Source: Nostocoides sp. (GTDB taxonomy: Bacteria; Actinomycetota; Actinomycetes; Actinomycetales; Dermatophilaceae). Taken from it: a DNA stretch of 64,000 nt. The position numbers and the translations under genes are program-made. Under the pieces are notes generated by a model. The model ran no database searches. It saw only the letters and a program-made list of their open reading frames with translations, and was not told the DNA's origin. Location of the stretch: NCBI GenBank assembly GCA_037045025.1, contig JBAOHM010000019.1. One strand, given 5' to 3'. The first letter of the stretch is position 1. Each line of letters starts with the position of its first letter. Of this stretch, positions 41,615 through 50,020 are shown one piece after another.

Positions 41615-41969
41615 GGAGGTTCCAGATCTGGGCGATGCGGGCGGCCATCACGGCGACGGCGAACGCGCCGAGGACGCACGCCCCCACGGACCATCGGGTC
41701 TTCTCGCGGATCGCGAGCAGCGTCACCAGCGGCGGCACCGTCGGGAGGCTGAGCGCATAGGCGAGGTAGGTCGCCCCCTCGGCAGCCGGGTCGACCCGAC
41801 CGAAGGTGGTCAGTGCCACGATCGCCAGCGCGATCAGACCAACCTCGACGAGAACGGCCAGCAGCAGCAACGGGTCGTTGATCAGTCGGTCGCGCCAGGC
41901 CAGCCAGGCCGCGAGCAGCCCCCACGCCGTCGCCGCCGCGACGACGAGATAGCTCAGCGTGACGACCAC
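41607..41969 (-). CDS. Hypothetical 4-TM membrane protein (120 aa)
   Basis: The ORF is hydrophobic throughout and overlaps the downstream gene by 8 nt. Confidence 0.6.
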   Translation of the reverse strand: MVVTLSYLVVAAATAWGLLAAWLAWRDRLINDPLLLLAVLVEVGLIALAIVALTTFGRVDPAAEGATYLAYALSLPTVPPLVTLLAIREKTRWSVGACVLGAFAVAVMAARIAQIWNLHG

Positions 41970-41985
41970 GACGGACCAGGCTACG

Positions 41986-42369
41986 TCACCCCGGTTGCGA
42001 GGAGATCACGAGGTATCCCTGCGCGGAAATGATCACCACGACGGCAACCCACTGTGCGGCCGTGGGGCGGGCGCCATACTTCACGACGTCGATCGCCATC
42101 AGGCCCACCTGCAGCAACACGATCCAGCCGAGCGTGACGACGGCCATCTCCGCATACTGCAGTGCCGAGGCATAGAACCAGAAGAGCACAAGCGCGCTGG
42201 CGACACCCACGGCCAGAGCGGTCTGGCTGCGCGTCGTGACCCACTCCTTGGCGGCGTACGAGAAGACCATGTCTACCGCGGCGAGCACGGCCATCGCGAT
42301 GCTCGCGCTCACCACGACTGGCCACCCGCCGGGCGCGCGCAGCAGGGGAACCGCATCCATGACGCTCAC
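41986..42369 (-). CDS. Hypothetical 4-TM membrane protein (127 aa), small-transporter-like topology
   Basis: The ORF has four hydrophobic spans (AVLAAVDMVFSYAAKEW..., LVLFWFYASALQY...). I recognised no family with confidence. Confidence 0.55.
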   Translation of the reverse strand: MSVMDAVPLLRAPGGWPVVVSASIAMAVLAAVDMVFSYAAKEWVTTRSQTALAVGVASALVLFWFYASALQYAEMAVVTLGWIVLLQVGLMAIDVVKYGARPTAAQWVAVVVIISAQGYLVISSQPG

Positions 42370-42497
42370 GACCGATTCCTCCCGCCAACTGACTCGATGG
42401 ACAGGAGGCAGCGTCGCGCCCGGTGATACGTCGGCCGGCTCAGATCACTCGATCGGGTTGCGCCAGAATCGAATTACCGGAAGTAGCCTCCGATGCC

Positions 42498-43130
42498 ATG
42501 ACCTTACGCCGCGTCCCTGTCGGCCTCGCGGCTACCGCGCTCGGGTGTGCCGTCGGTATCGGCTCGGCCACCGCCGATCTGGGCCCGATCTCCGGATCGG
42601 GAACGATCCGCATGGACGGCGCCGACCGTTATGCGGTCTCAGCGGCCGTCGCCGACCGGATCGTCCAGCCGCCGCAGGAGACGGTGGTCCCGCCTCCGGC
42701 GAGGTCTACCCGGACGCCCTGGCGGCGGGCCCCTACGCCGACGTCGCCGGTGCCCCGATCCTGCTCGTGCGCCGCGACTCGATCCCCGACAGCGTGCTGG
42801 CGCAGCTGCGTGAGATCTCCCTGGGACGGATCGTTGTCGTCGGGGGGCCGGCGACCCGTCTCCCCCGGAGTCCTCGCGCAGGTGAGACGACCAGGGCGCG
42901 AGCGGCTCTCCCCCGAACTGGACGTGCTGCTGGGAGGCGCGCGATCGGCATACGGCGGATCGACGACCTGTGGCCCGCAACCGGTCTATCCATTCCCGAG
43001 CGACCTGGACTGCAAGGACTTCGGCAGCCAGCGCGAGGCGCAGGCCTGGTTCGACTACTGGGAGCCCAAGGTCGGCGACAGCTACCATCTCGACGGCGAC
43101 GACGACGGCTTGGCCGGCGAGATCTGGTAG
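42498..43130 (+). CDS. Secreted cell-wall-binding-repeat (CWB2-like) / Excalibur-domain protein; the central ~165 nt are out of frame
   Basis: It has a signal peptide MTLRRVPVGLAATALGCAVGIGSATA, then GADRYAVSAAVADRI. The C-terminus DLDCKDFGSQREAQAWFDYW...LDGDDDGLAGE is Excalibur-like. The sensible CWB2 continuation (ASGEVYPDALAAGPYADVAGAPILLVRRDSIPDSVLAQLREISLGRIVVVGGPA) is encoded in the -1 frame between about 42690 and 42858. Confidence 0.6.
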   Translation: MTLRRVPVGLAATALGCAVGIGSATADLGPISGSGTIRMDGADRYAVSAAVADRIVQPPQETVVPPPARSTRTPWRRAPTPTSPVPRSCSCAATRSPTACWRSCVRSPWDGSLSSGGRRPVSPGVLAQVRRPGRERLSPELDVLLGGARSAYGGSTTCGPQPVYPFPSDLDCKDFGSQREAQAWFDYWEPKVGDSYHLDGDDDGLAGEIW

Positions 43131-43147
43131 CGGCCGGGACAAAACGA

Positions 43148-43194
43148 ACCGGGCCCGCGCGCGAGGGGGAGGAGTCCTCGCGCACCGGCCCGGT
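43148..43194. terminator. Imperfect GC-rich hairpin between convergent genes
   Basis: ACCGGGCC/GGCCCGGT (8 bp) and GCGCGAGG/CCTCGCGC (8 bp) are separated by a 3x3 internal loop, with a 9-nt apical loop. It lies between the stops at 43130 (+) and 43214 (-). There is no U-tract. Confidence 0.4.
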
Positions 43195-43213
43195 CCCGGG
43201 GAAGGATCTGGGG

Positions 43214-43729
43214 TTAACCGACCTTGTGCAGCCAGCGCACCGGAGCGCCCTCGCCGGCATAGCGGAAGACCTCCAGCTCGTTGTCCCAGGCCGCGCCGAG
43301 CAGCTCCTCGATCATCTCGGTGACGGCCTCGTGGCTGCCGTCGGACTGCGCGAGCACCTCCTTGAGGCGCTCTTCGTGAATCATCACATCGCCGTTGGGG
43401 GCCATCCAGGCGTGGTGCAGCCCGAGGCGCGGGGTGTGGCACCAGCGAGAGCCGTTGAGGCCGGCGCTCGGCTCCTCGGTGATCTCGAAGCGCACGCCGG
43501 TGAACGAGCGCAACGCGCTGGTCAGGCGGGCCCCGGTGCCCGGCTGGGCCGCCCACGAGATCTCGCCTCGCTTAAGGCCATAGGCGGCCGGCTGATCGGT
43601 CCACTCGAAGGGGACCCGGGTGCCGAGGACGCTTTCGAGGGCCCAGATGATGTGCGGGCATAGCGCAGTGGGGGTCGAGTGCACGAACACGACCCCACGC
43701 GCGAGCGCACGTGCGCTTCCGACAGACAT
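43214..43729 (-). CDS. DUF3145-family conserved actinobacterial protein
   Basis: The sequence is MSVGSARALARGVVFVHSTPTALCPHIIWALESVLGTRVPFEWTDQPA...RFEITEEPS...VFRYAGEGAPVRWLHKVG. ATG 43729 is preceded by GGAGG. Confidence 0.7.
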   Translation of the reverse strand: MSVGSARALARGVVFVHSTPTALCPHIIWALESVLGTRVPFEWTDQPAAYGLKRGEISWAAQPGTGARLTSALRSFTGVRFEITEEPSAGLNGSRWCHTPRLGLHHAWMAPNGDVMIHEERLKEVLAQSDGSHEAVTEMIEELLGAAWDNELEVFRYAGEGAPVRWLHKVG

Positions 43730-43907
43730 CCCGGACCTCCCTGGTGTGCGGTGGACGTCTTCCCCAACGCCGCGCACGCCGACAAGCCGGTCGTATCCGT
43801 GGGCCCATTGTGCCTCATGACTCTCAGAGACACCAGCCATATGTTCCGGCCACTCCCGTCACAGCCGCATCTGATCATCTCGACCCCACCGGATCGAGGA
43901 CAGCTCA

Positions 43908-44029
43908 CCGGTCCCACCAACCGCGAGGGGGAGTCGCGGCGGTGGGACCGGGGCCGGATCGGTGCGGGCGAGGGGGGTGCCGGCACCGATCTGCCGGACG
44001 CCGCCCGGGGGGGAGGGTGCGGCGACCGG
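43908..44029 (-). ncRNA. Candidate 6C-like sRNA: three consecutive hairpins with C-rich loops
   Basis: On the minus strand, H1 (44029-43994) has loop ACCCUCCCCCCCGG. H2 (43991-43957) has a 9-bp stem GAUCGGUGC/GCACCGAUC and loop CGGCACCCCCCUCGCCC. H3 (43951-43908) has an 11-bp stem plus a 6-bp stem and loop CUCCCCC. It lies in a 413-nt gap with no credible ORF. Confidence 0.5.
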
Positions 44030-44142
44030 TCGTTGGTTCAACTCCCATGCACCTCTGACTGTTCCACGCCAAGGGCTGGCGTGGTGAGGATTCCGCTAAG
44101 AACCTGCTGTGCCGTAGGGAACACGGTCGTGCGGGGCCATCC

Positions 44143-44892
44143 TCAGCCGCGCAGCAGCGCCGGGTGCAGGTGGGTGGCGGCGCCGGCGGTATAGAACGCC
44201 GTCGGGGGCCGGCCGACGCCGCTCGGGCGGGCCTCGGGCGGGTCGGCCTCCTCGACAAAGCCGGCCGTCGACAAGACCTTGCGGATGAACGTCCCGCGGT
44301 GCGGCGGGGTGCCCCAGACCGCGGCATAGACCCGGTGGAGGTCGCCGAGCGTGAATGGCGCGCTCACGAACTGGGTCGCGAGCGTCGTGTATTCGAGCTT
44401 GGCGCGCACCCGCTCCAAGGCGTCGGCGAGGATGACCTCGTGGTCGAAGGCCAGCCGCTCGATCACCGGGTCGTCGTTGCCGTCGACCGGCAGGTCGGCG
44501 ATGGCCCACCAGCGCGCCGTCCGCGCATCTGAGCCGGCCACCGGCTCGGGCAGACCCGAAGCAAAGGCGACGTGCGCAATCGAGACCACCCGCATGCGGG
44601 GGTCGCGCCCCGGTGCCGAATAGGTGGCGAGCTGCTCGAGATGGAAGCCGGACTCAACGCCGGTCTCCTCGGTCAGCTCGCGCGCCGCGGCGTGCGCCGC
44701 GTCCTCGTCGGGCTCGATGAAACCGCCCGGCAGCGCCCAGCTCCCCGCGAACGGGTCCTCCCCCCGCTCGACGAGCAGCACATTCAGCGCCCCGGCCCGG
44801 ATCGTGAACACGCACAGGTCGACGGTCACGGCGATCGGTGGATAACCCCGGGAGTCGTATGCCGCTCCCTCGCCTTCGGCGCGCGCGCTCAC
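44143..44892 (-). CDS. nrtR: NrtR-type Nudix-related transcriptional regulator of NAD metabolism
   Basis: It has a Nudix box GGFIEPDEDAAHAAARELTEETGV followed by the NrtR C-terminal winged-helix region LAFDHEVILADALERVRAKLEYTTLATQFVSAPFTLGDLHRVY. It is co-oriented and overlapping with pncA. Confidence 0.8.
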   Translation of the reverse strand: MSARAEGEGAAYDSRGYPPIAVTVDLCVFTIRAGALNVLLVERGEDPFAGSWALPGGFIEPDEDAAHAAARELTEETGVESGFHLEQLATYSAPGRDPRMRVVSIAHVAFASGLPEPVAGSDARTARWWAIADLPVDGNDDPVIERLAFDHEVILADALERVRAKLEYTTLATQFVSAPFTLGDLHRVYAAVWGTPPHRGTFIRKVLSTAGFVEEADPPEARPSGVGRPPTAFYTAGAATHLHPALLRG

Positions 44893-45524
44893 TTCCGCTC
44901 CCCCCTCGACCCCGCACCTCGGTCACCGACCGGCTCCAGGGCCGGCCCGACCAGGATGCCGGCAGCGGACATCTCGGCCAGGGCAGCCGCCGTGCTCACC
45001 GGGTCCACTCCGGCGTGCAATCCGCGCAGCACCGAGGTGGTGAACCCCAGCCGGACGGCATCCAGCGCCGTGGCGCGCACGCAGTAGTCGCTGGCGATGC
45101 CGACGATGTCGAGGTCGAAGACGCCGGCCCGGTGCAGCACGTCAGCCAGCCGCTCCCCCGCCGCGGTGGTGCCCTCGAACGCCGAATAGGCCGGCGCATC
45201 CTGGCCCTTGCGCACCGCCTGCACGGGCACGCGCACCTCGCCCAGGGCGGCCGCGAGGCCGGGGTGCACCTGCGCGCCTGCGGTCTCGGCCACGCAATGC
45301 TCCGGCCAGGTGCCCTGGAAGTCCGGCTTGGCGGCGAAGTGGCCGCCGTTGTCGCTGCCGGGGGTGTGCCAGTCCTGGCTGGTCACGACCACGGCGTAGC
45401 GGTCGGCATCCTCCGCCAGCATTTCCCTGATCCGGGCAGCGACCGCATTACCACCGGAGACGGCGAGGGCTCCCCCCTCACAGAAGTCGGGTTGGACATC
45501 GACGATCAGCAGCGCACGCGTCAC
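44889..45524 (-). CDS. pncA: Nicotinamidase/pyrazinamidase (isochorismatase family)
   Basis: The sequence contains TRALLIVDVQPDFCEGGALAV and GIASDYCVRATALDA. GTG start 45524 overlaps the pncB stop. Confidence 0.88.
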   Translation of the reverse strand: MTRALLIVDVQPDFCEGGALAVSGGNAVAARIREMLAEDADRYAVVVTSQDWHTPGSDNGGHFAAKPDFQGTWPEHCVAETAGAQVHPGLAAALGEVRVPVQAVRKGQDAPAYSAFEGTTAAGERLADVLHRAGVFDLDIVGIASDYCVRATALDAVRLGFTTSVLRGLHAGVDPVSTAAALAEMSAAGILVGPALEPVGDRGAGSRGERK

Positions 45525-46810
45525 GACGGCTCTCCTTCCAGTTCGGCGATCATGGCCGGCGGGCCCGAGGCGATCAGGCGCGCGGCGCTCGGCAGCGCGG
45601 CCAGGGCGTGAGCGGCATACGACCTGATCGCGGCGAGCTCGGGCCGATGCACGATCTCACCCGCGGACACGGCGGCCACCTGCAGCGGGCGGGCCCCCTC
45701 GGGCGTGTGGCCGTCGAGCCGGAAGGCCTCGCGCCCATCGGGGTGGCGGTAGGCCGTCTTGGTCCCTCCGACATTGCCCTTGCCCTCGGCCCGCTTGGCG
45801 ACCGGCCGCCCATCGAGTTCGACGAGCTTGTAGACGAAGCCGGCGCTCGGGTGGCCCGACCCGGTCGCGACCCGGGTGCCGACGCCATAGGAGTCGACCG
45901 GGGAGCGGGCCAGCTCGGTGATCAGGTATTCGTCGAGGTCGGACGTGACGACGATCTTGGTGTCGGTGGCGCCGAGCGCGTCCAGCTGGGCGCGCGCCGC
46001 CGCCACCGCGCTCGGCAGATCGCCGGAGTCGATCCGGATCGCCCCGGGCCCGCTCGCTCCCCGCTGCCGCGCCACCTCGACCGCAGTCGCGATCCCCTGC
46101 TCGGTGTCATAGGTGTCGACGAGCAGTGTCGTTCCCAGACCGTGCGCGTCCAGCTGCGAGGCGAACGCCTCGGCCTCGCTCGCGTGCGCCATCACGAAGG
46201 CATGCGCGGCCGTGCCCGCCGTCGGCACGCCATGCCGCTCCCCCGCCGCCAGATTGGACGTCGTCGCAAACCCGGCGATGTATGCCGCTCTCGCCGCCGC
46301 CACCGCCGCCTCCTCGTGGACGCGGCGCGACCCCATCTCGATCAGCGCGCGCCCCTCGGCGGCCAGCACCATCCGGGCGGCAGCGGAGGCAATCGCGCTG
46401 TCGTGGTTGAAGATCGACAGCGCAAGGGTCTCCAGCACCAGGCCTTCGGCCAAAGTGGCGCGCACGGATAGGACAGGAGAGGCGGGATACCAGATCTCGC
46501 CCTCGGGATAGGCGACGATGTCGCCGGTGAAGCGCCACTGCGCCAGGTGTGCGGCCGTGGCGTCGTCGATCACCCCGGCCGCGACCAGCCACCCCAGGCT
46601 GGCCTCGTTGAAGCGGAACTGCTCGAGCGCGTCGAGGAAGCGACCCAGGCCGGCGACCATGCCGAAGCGCCGGCCCTCGGGCAGGCGGCGGGCGAACAGC
46701 TCGAAGGTCGCCGGCGCCCCAACTCGACCGTCGCGTAGCAGCGCGGCATACATCGACAGCTCGTAGCGGTCGGTCAGGAGCGCGGTCGTCGGGCGCATGG
46801 GGGTAAGCAT
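45521..46810 (-). CDS. pncB: Nicotinate phosphoribosyltransferase
   Basis: The sequence contains TALLTDRYELSMYAALL and GTAAHAFVMAH over 429 aa. ATG 46798 is an alternative start. Confidence 0.88.
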   Translation of the reverse strand: MLTPMRPTTALLTDRYELSMYAALLRDGRVGAPATFELFARRLPEGRRFGMVAGLGRFLDALEQFRFNEASLGWLVAAGVIDDATAAHLAQWRFTGDIVAYPEGEIWYPASPVLSVRATLAEGLVLETLALSIFNHDSAIASAAARMVLAAEGRALIEMGSRRVHEEAAVAAARAAYIAGFATTSNLAAGERHGVPTAGTAAHAFVMAHASEAEAFASQLDAHGLGTTLLVDTYDTEQGIATAVEVARQRGASGPGAIRIDSGDLPSAVAAARAQLDALGATDTKIVVTSDLDEYLITELARSPVDSYGVGTRVATGSGHPSAGFVYKLVELDGRPVAKRAEGKGNVGGTKTAYRHPDGREAFRLDGHTPEGARPLQVAAVSAGEIVHRPELAAIRSYAAHALAALPSAARLIASGPPAMIAELEGEPS

Positions 46811-46870
46811 AACGCCCTGTTTGCCTCATTCTGCGACAAATAACCGGCGGATCTCGGCTTAGATAGGGGC

Positions 46871-47341
46871 ATGGCCACGCGCCCCCACCGCCTGCTCGTC
46901 GTCCACCACACGGTCTCCCCCGCGACCGAGGCGATGCTCGACGCGGTCCTGCGAGGCACCCGCGCCGAGGAGATCACCGGCGTCGACGTGGTGACCAAGG
47001 CCGCGCTGGCGGCCACCGCGAGCGATGTCCTGGCCGCCGGCGCTGTCGCGCTCGGCACCCCGGCGAACCTCGGCTACATCTCCGGGGCGCTCAAACACTT
47101 CTTCGACCAGATCTACTACCCCGTCCGCGAGGAGGCGCGCGGAACGGCATACGGGCTGTTCCTGCACGCCAATGAGGGACCCGACGGGGCGCAGCGCGCC
47201 GTCGAGACGATCACGACCGGTCTGCGCTGGGAGCGCGCCGTGCCCGATGTCGTCGTTCGGGACGCGCCGACCGCGGCGGATCTGGAGGCGTGCTGGGAGC
47301 TGGGCGCCACCCTCGCGGCCGGCCTCATGCCGGCCGACTGA
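46871..47341 (+). CDS. Flavodoxin-like fold / NAD(P)H-dependent FMN reductase-like protein
   Basis: The sequence is LLVVHHTVSPATEAMLDAVLRG...LGTPANLGYISGALKHFFDQIYY. The assignment is by motif resemblance only. Confidence 0.5.
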   Translation: MATRPHRLLVVHHTVSPATEAMLDAVLRGTRAEEITGVDVVTKAALAATASDVLAAGAVALGTPANLGYISGALKHFFDQIYYPVREEARGTAYGLFLHANEGPDGAQRAVETITTGLRWERAVPDVVVRDAPTAADLEACWELGATLAAGLMPAD

Positions 47342-47423
47342 ATTCACACACAACCTGTTCGCCTCTGCGAGCGTCTGCCGGATGTGGGGCGTGTGGGACG
47401 CCCCACCGACTCGAAGGAGAGGC

Positions 47424-49985
47424 ATGGACATGCGTTCCGATTCCACGCGACGACGAGGCGGCGGGCGGCGCGGGCTGAGCTGGGGGCTGGCCGCGCTGAC
47501 CGCGCTCTCGCTGGGCGGTATGGCGATGAGCGCGCCGGCGAGCGCGGCCGGGTGTGACGGCATCTGGCGGGTGACGACCGGCAAGACCCCGGCAGGCAGC
47601 GATGTCCGCGCCTTGCTCCCGGTCTCGGCGCAGGAGCTGTGGTCGGCCGGTTCGCTGCCGGCGAGCGGCACCGGCTTCGTCTCCCGGTGGCGCGCGGGGA
47701 AACTGACGACGACGCAACTGCCCGGGGTCAACCTCGCGGTGCACCTGACCGGCTCTGCCAGAGATATGTATGCCGCCGGCATGGATTTCGACAACTTCCG
47801 TGACCGGCTCTACCACTACGACGGCAGCCGGTGGAACGAGGTGCCGGGCTTGGCCGAAGACCTCGGCGAATACGGCTCGGTCAACGCTATGGAGGTCCGG
47901 GACGGCACGCTCTATGTATTCGGGGTTCGCTTCAACCAGCAGGGCGCCATCACCATCGCGCTGACCTGGGACGGCACGCGCTGGACCGCGCTCCCGCACA
48001 ATCTCGCCGATTCTGCGTATGCCGTTCCGCTCGCCAGCGGTCTGAGCCCGAGCGGCGAGGTGTGGGTGGCCGGCGAGGACGTCACCTTCACCCAGGACCA
48101 CCCGATCTGGCGCAAGCCGTGGGTCGGCAAGGTCATCGGCAACCGGGTCGTGCGCCAGCCGGCCCCGCGGGTGCCCGGGCTGACCTCGACAATGCCGGCG
48201 ACCATCACGTTCGATGCCTCCGGACGACCGGTCGTCAGCGGAATGACCGGTGAAGACTGGGTCACCGGCCTCTATCCGTTCTCGGCGACGGGGCGGGCCA
48301 GCGGGGGCTGGGCCCTGGATGGCGTCCCCGCATCCGTCGCCCAGAACACCACTGTCTCCGACTCGGCGACTATCGGTGGGCGCGTGTATACGTCGTCGTG
48401 GGCGACCATCCTCGACCAGCAGTGGATCAACCTCTCGGCGCGCGGCGCCAAGGGTTTCTCCAACCCGATCGATTTGGCCCGGCATGCCGGTGAGATGCCC
48501 TCGGCGCTGGCGGGGCTGCCCAGCGGTGAGGGCTACCTGGCCGCTCGCGTTGGGGACACCACTCGACTGTGGACCGTGTGCGGCTCCGGCGCCCGCGGGT
48601 CGGACTCCGCGACGGACGGCGAAGCAACCGGCGCAGCGGCGCGCTCATCCGGCACTGCCGGTGTGGGGCCGCGGCCGACCCCCACCGCGACCGGAGACCA
48701 GGCGTTTCCGCGCACCGGGCGGTGGACCATGCCGTCCCTGTCCGAGCGCGTCGCCACCGCCCGCCAGGCCCGGCTCGAGCACGATGTCACCTCGCTCGAC
48801 GGGCTCGTCGCCCGGTCGGCACGAGCGACCATGCGCACCGGCGCCGCGCTGTCGGGCCCGGCCATCGACCGGCTGCGGACGGCCACCAAGGCCGGCGGGG
48901 ACGCCGTCTTCGTCGCGCGCGATGCGTGTGCGGACGCCCCCGGGCCGATGCGCTGCCTCGCGCAGGTCGTCACGCAGCGGACCGCCGATGGCGATCGCGA
49001 TCCGGTGACGGGATACCCGGCGGGCTACGGCCCGAAGGAATACCGCGCGGCATACGGACTGCCGGCGAGCGGGGGCGCGGGCAAGACGATCGGGATATCG
49101 ATCGCCTATCACCACCCCAACCTGCCCGCCGACCTCGCGAACTATCGCAAGGGTGCCGGCTTGTCCGCGTGCACCAAGGCCAACGGCTGTCTGAAGATCG
49201 TCGGCCAGAACGGCGGCGCCCCGCCCACGACAACCAACGACGGGTGGGCGCTGGAGGCCAACCTCGACGTGCAGACCGCGTCAGCGGCCTGCCCGGACTG
49301 CAAGATCCTTCTCGTGGAGGCCAATTCCCCCGAAGACAGCGATCTCGGCCAGGCCAACCAAACGGCCGCCCGCCTGGGCGCCTGGGTGATCAGCAACAGC
49401 TTCGGCCGCGACGAGGCCACCACCGACCCGCGGACCGCCCCCGAACTGGTCCCGGCCGGGGTCCCCTTGGTCGCAGCGACCGGCGACTGGGGTCATGGCG
49501 CGATCTATCCCTCGACGGTCCCGTCGGTGATCGGCGTCGGCGGCACCCGCCTACTGGAGGCCCCCGGCAGCCCGCGCGGCTGGCAGGAGAGCGTGTGGAA
49601 CTTCTCCGGCGGCGGCTGCTCGGCCGTTCAACCCAAGCCGGTATGGCAGCGGGCAGCCAACTGCTTCGACGCGAAATCGTCGACGACGAGCGTGTCGGCC
49701 GTCGCAGACCCGGCGACCGGCGCGGCCGTCTACTTCACCCCGCTGGACCCGGCGCTGCAGGCGGGCTGGTATGTCGTCGGCGGCACGTCCCTGACGGCGC
49801 CGCTGGTCGCGGGGATGTCGGCGGTGACTGGGCAGCGCCTCTTGGACAAGGCGATCTGGTCAGGTGGGCTGGCGACGATCGACATCCGCACGGGCGGCCG
49901 CACCGGGTGGTGCTCCCCCACCTGGGAGTGCACCGGGGTCGCCGGCTATGACGCGGTGACCGGATTCGGCATACCACGCTGGTGA
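47424..49985 (+). CDS. Secreted S53 (sedolisin-like) serine peptidase with an N-terminal extension of ~520 aa before the first recognised protease motifs (a ~400-aa repeat-like region, then a linker and a possible propeptide)
   Basis: ATG 47424 follows GAAGGAGAGG. It has a signal peptide ...LGGMAMSAPASAAG. The C-terminal third carries WALEANLDVQ (Glu region), ISNSFG, AATGDWG and the nucleophile motif VVGGTSLTAPLVAG. Confidence 0.7.
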   Translation: MDMRSDSTRRRGGGRRGLSWGLAALTALSLGGMAMSAPASAAGCDGIWRVTTGKTPAGSDVRALLPVSAQELWSAGSLPASGTGFVSRWRAGKLTTTQLPGVNLAVHLTGSARDMYAAGMDFDNFRDRLYHYDGSRWNEVPGLAEDLGEYGSVNAMEVRDGTLYVFGVRFNQQGAITIALTWDGTRWTALPHNLADSAYAVPLASGLSPSGEVWVAGEDVTFTQDHPIWRKPWVGKVIGNRVVRQPAPRVPGLTSTMPATITFDASGRPVVSGMTGEDWVTGLYPFSATGRASGGWALDGVPASVAQNTTVSDSATIGGRVYTSSWATILDQQWINLSARGAKGFSNPIDLARHAGEMPSALAGLPSGEGYLAARVGDTTRLWTVCGSGARGSDSATDGEATGAAARSSGTAGVGPRPTPTATGDQAFPRTGRWTMPSLSERVATARQARLEHDVTSLDGLVARSARATMRTGAALSGPAIDRLRTATKAGGDAVFVARDACADAPGPMRCLAQVVTQRTADGDRDPVTGYPAGYGPKEYRAAYGLPASGGAGKTIGISIAYHHPNLPADLANYRKGAGLSACTKANGCLKIVGQNGGAPPTTTNDGWALEANLDVQTASAACPDCKILLVEANSPEDSDLGQANQTAARLGAWVISNSFGRDEATTDPRTAPELVPAGVPLVAATGDWGHGAIYPSTVPSVIGVGGTRLLEAPGSPRGWQESVWNFSGGGCSAVQPKPVWQRAANCFDAKSSTTSVSAVADPATGAAVYFTPLDPALQAGWYVVGGTSLTAPLVAGMSAVTGQRLLDKAIWSGGLATIDIRTGGRTGWCSPTWECTGVAGYDAVTGFGIPRW

Positions 49986-50020
49986 GGTGCGGACTCGTCG
50001 TCGCCGACGGCTGATCTCAC

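Noticed and set aside
46811-46870. A candidate NrtR operator, TGTTTGC-N8-GCGACAA, upstream of pncB.
   Set aside because: The half-sites match each other at only about 4-5 of 7-8 positions, and I cannot recall the lineage-specific NrtR consensus well enough to score it.
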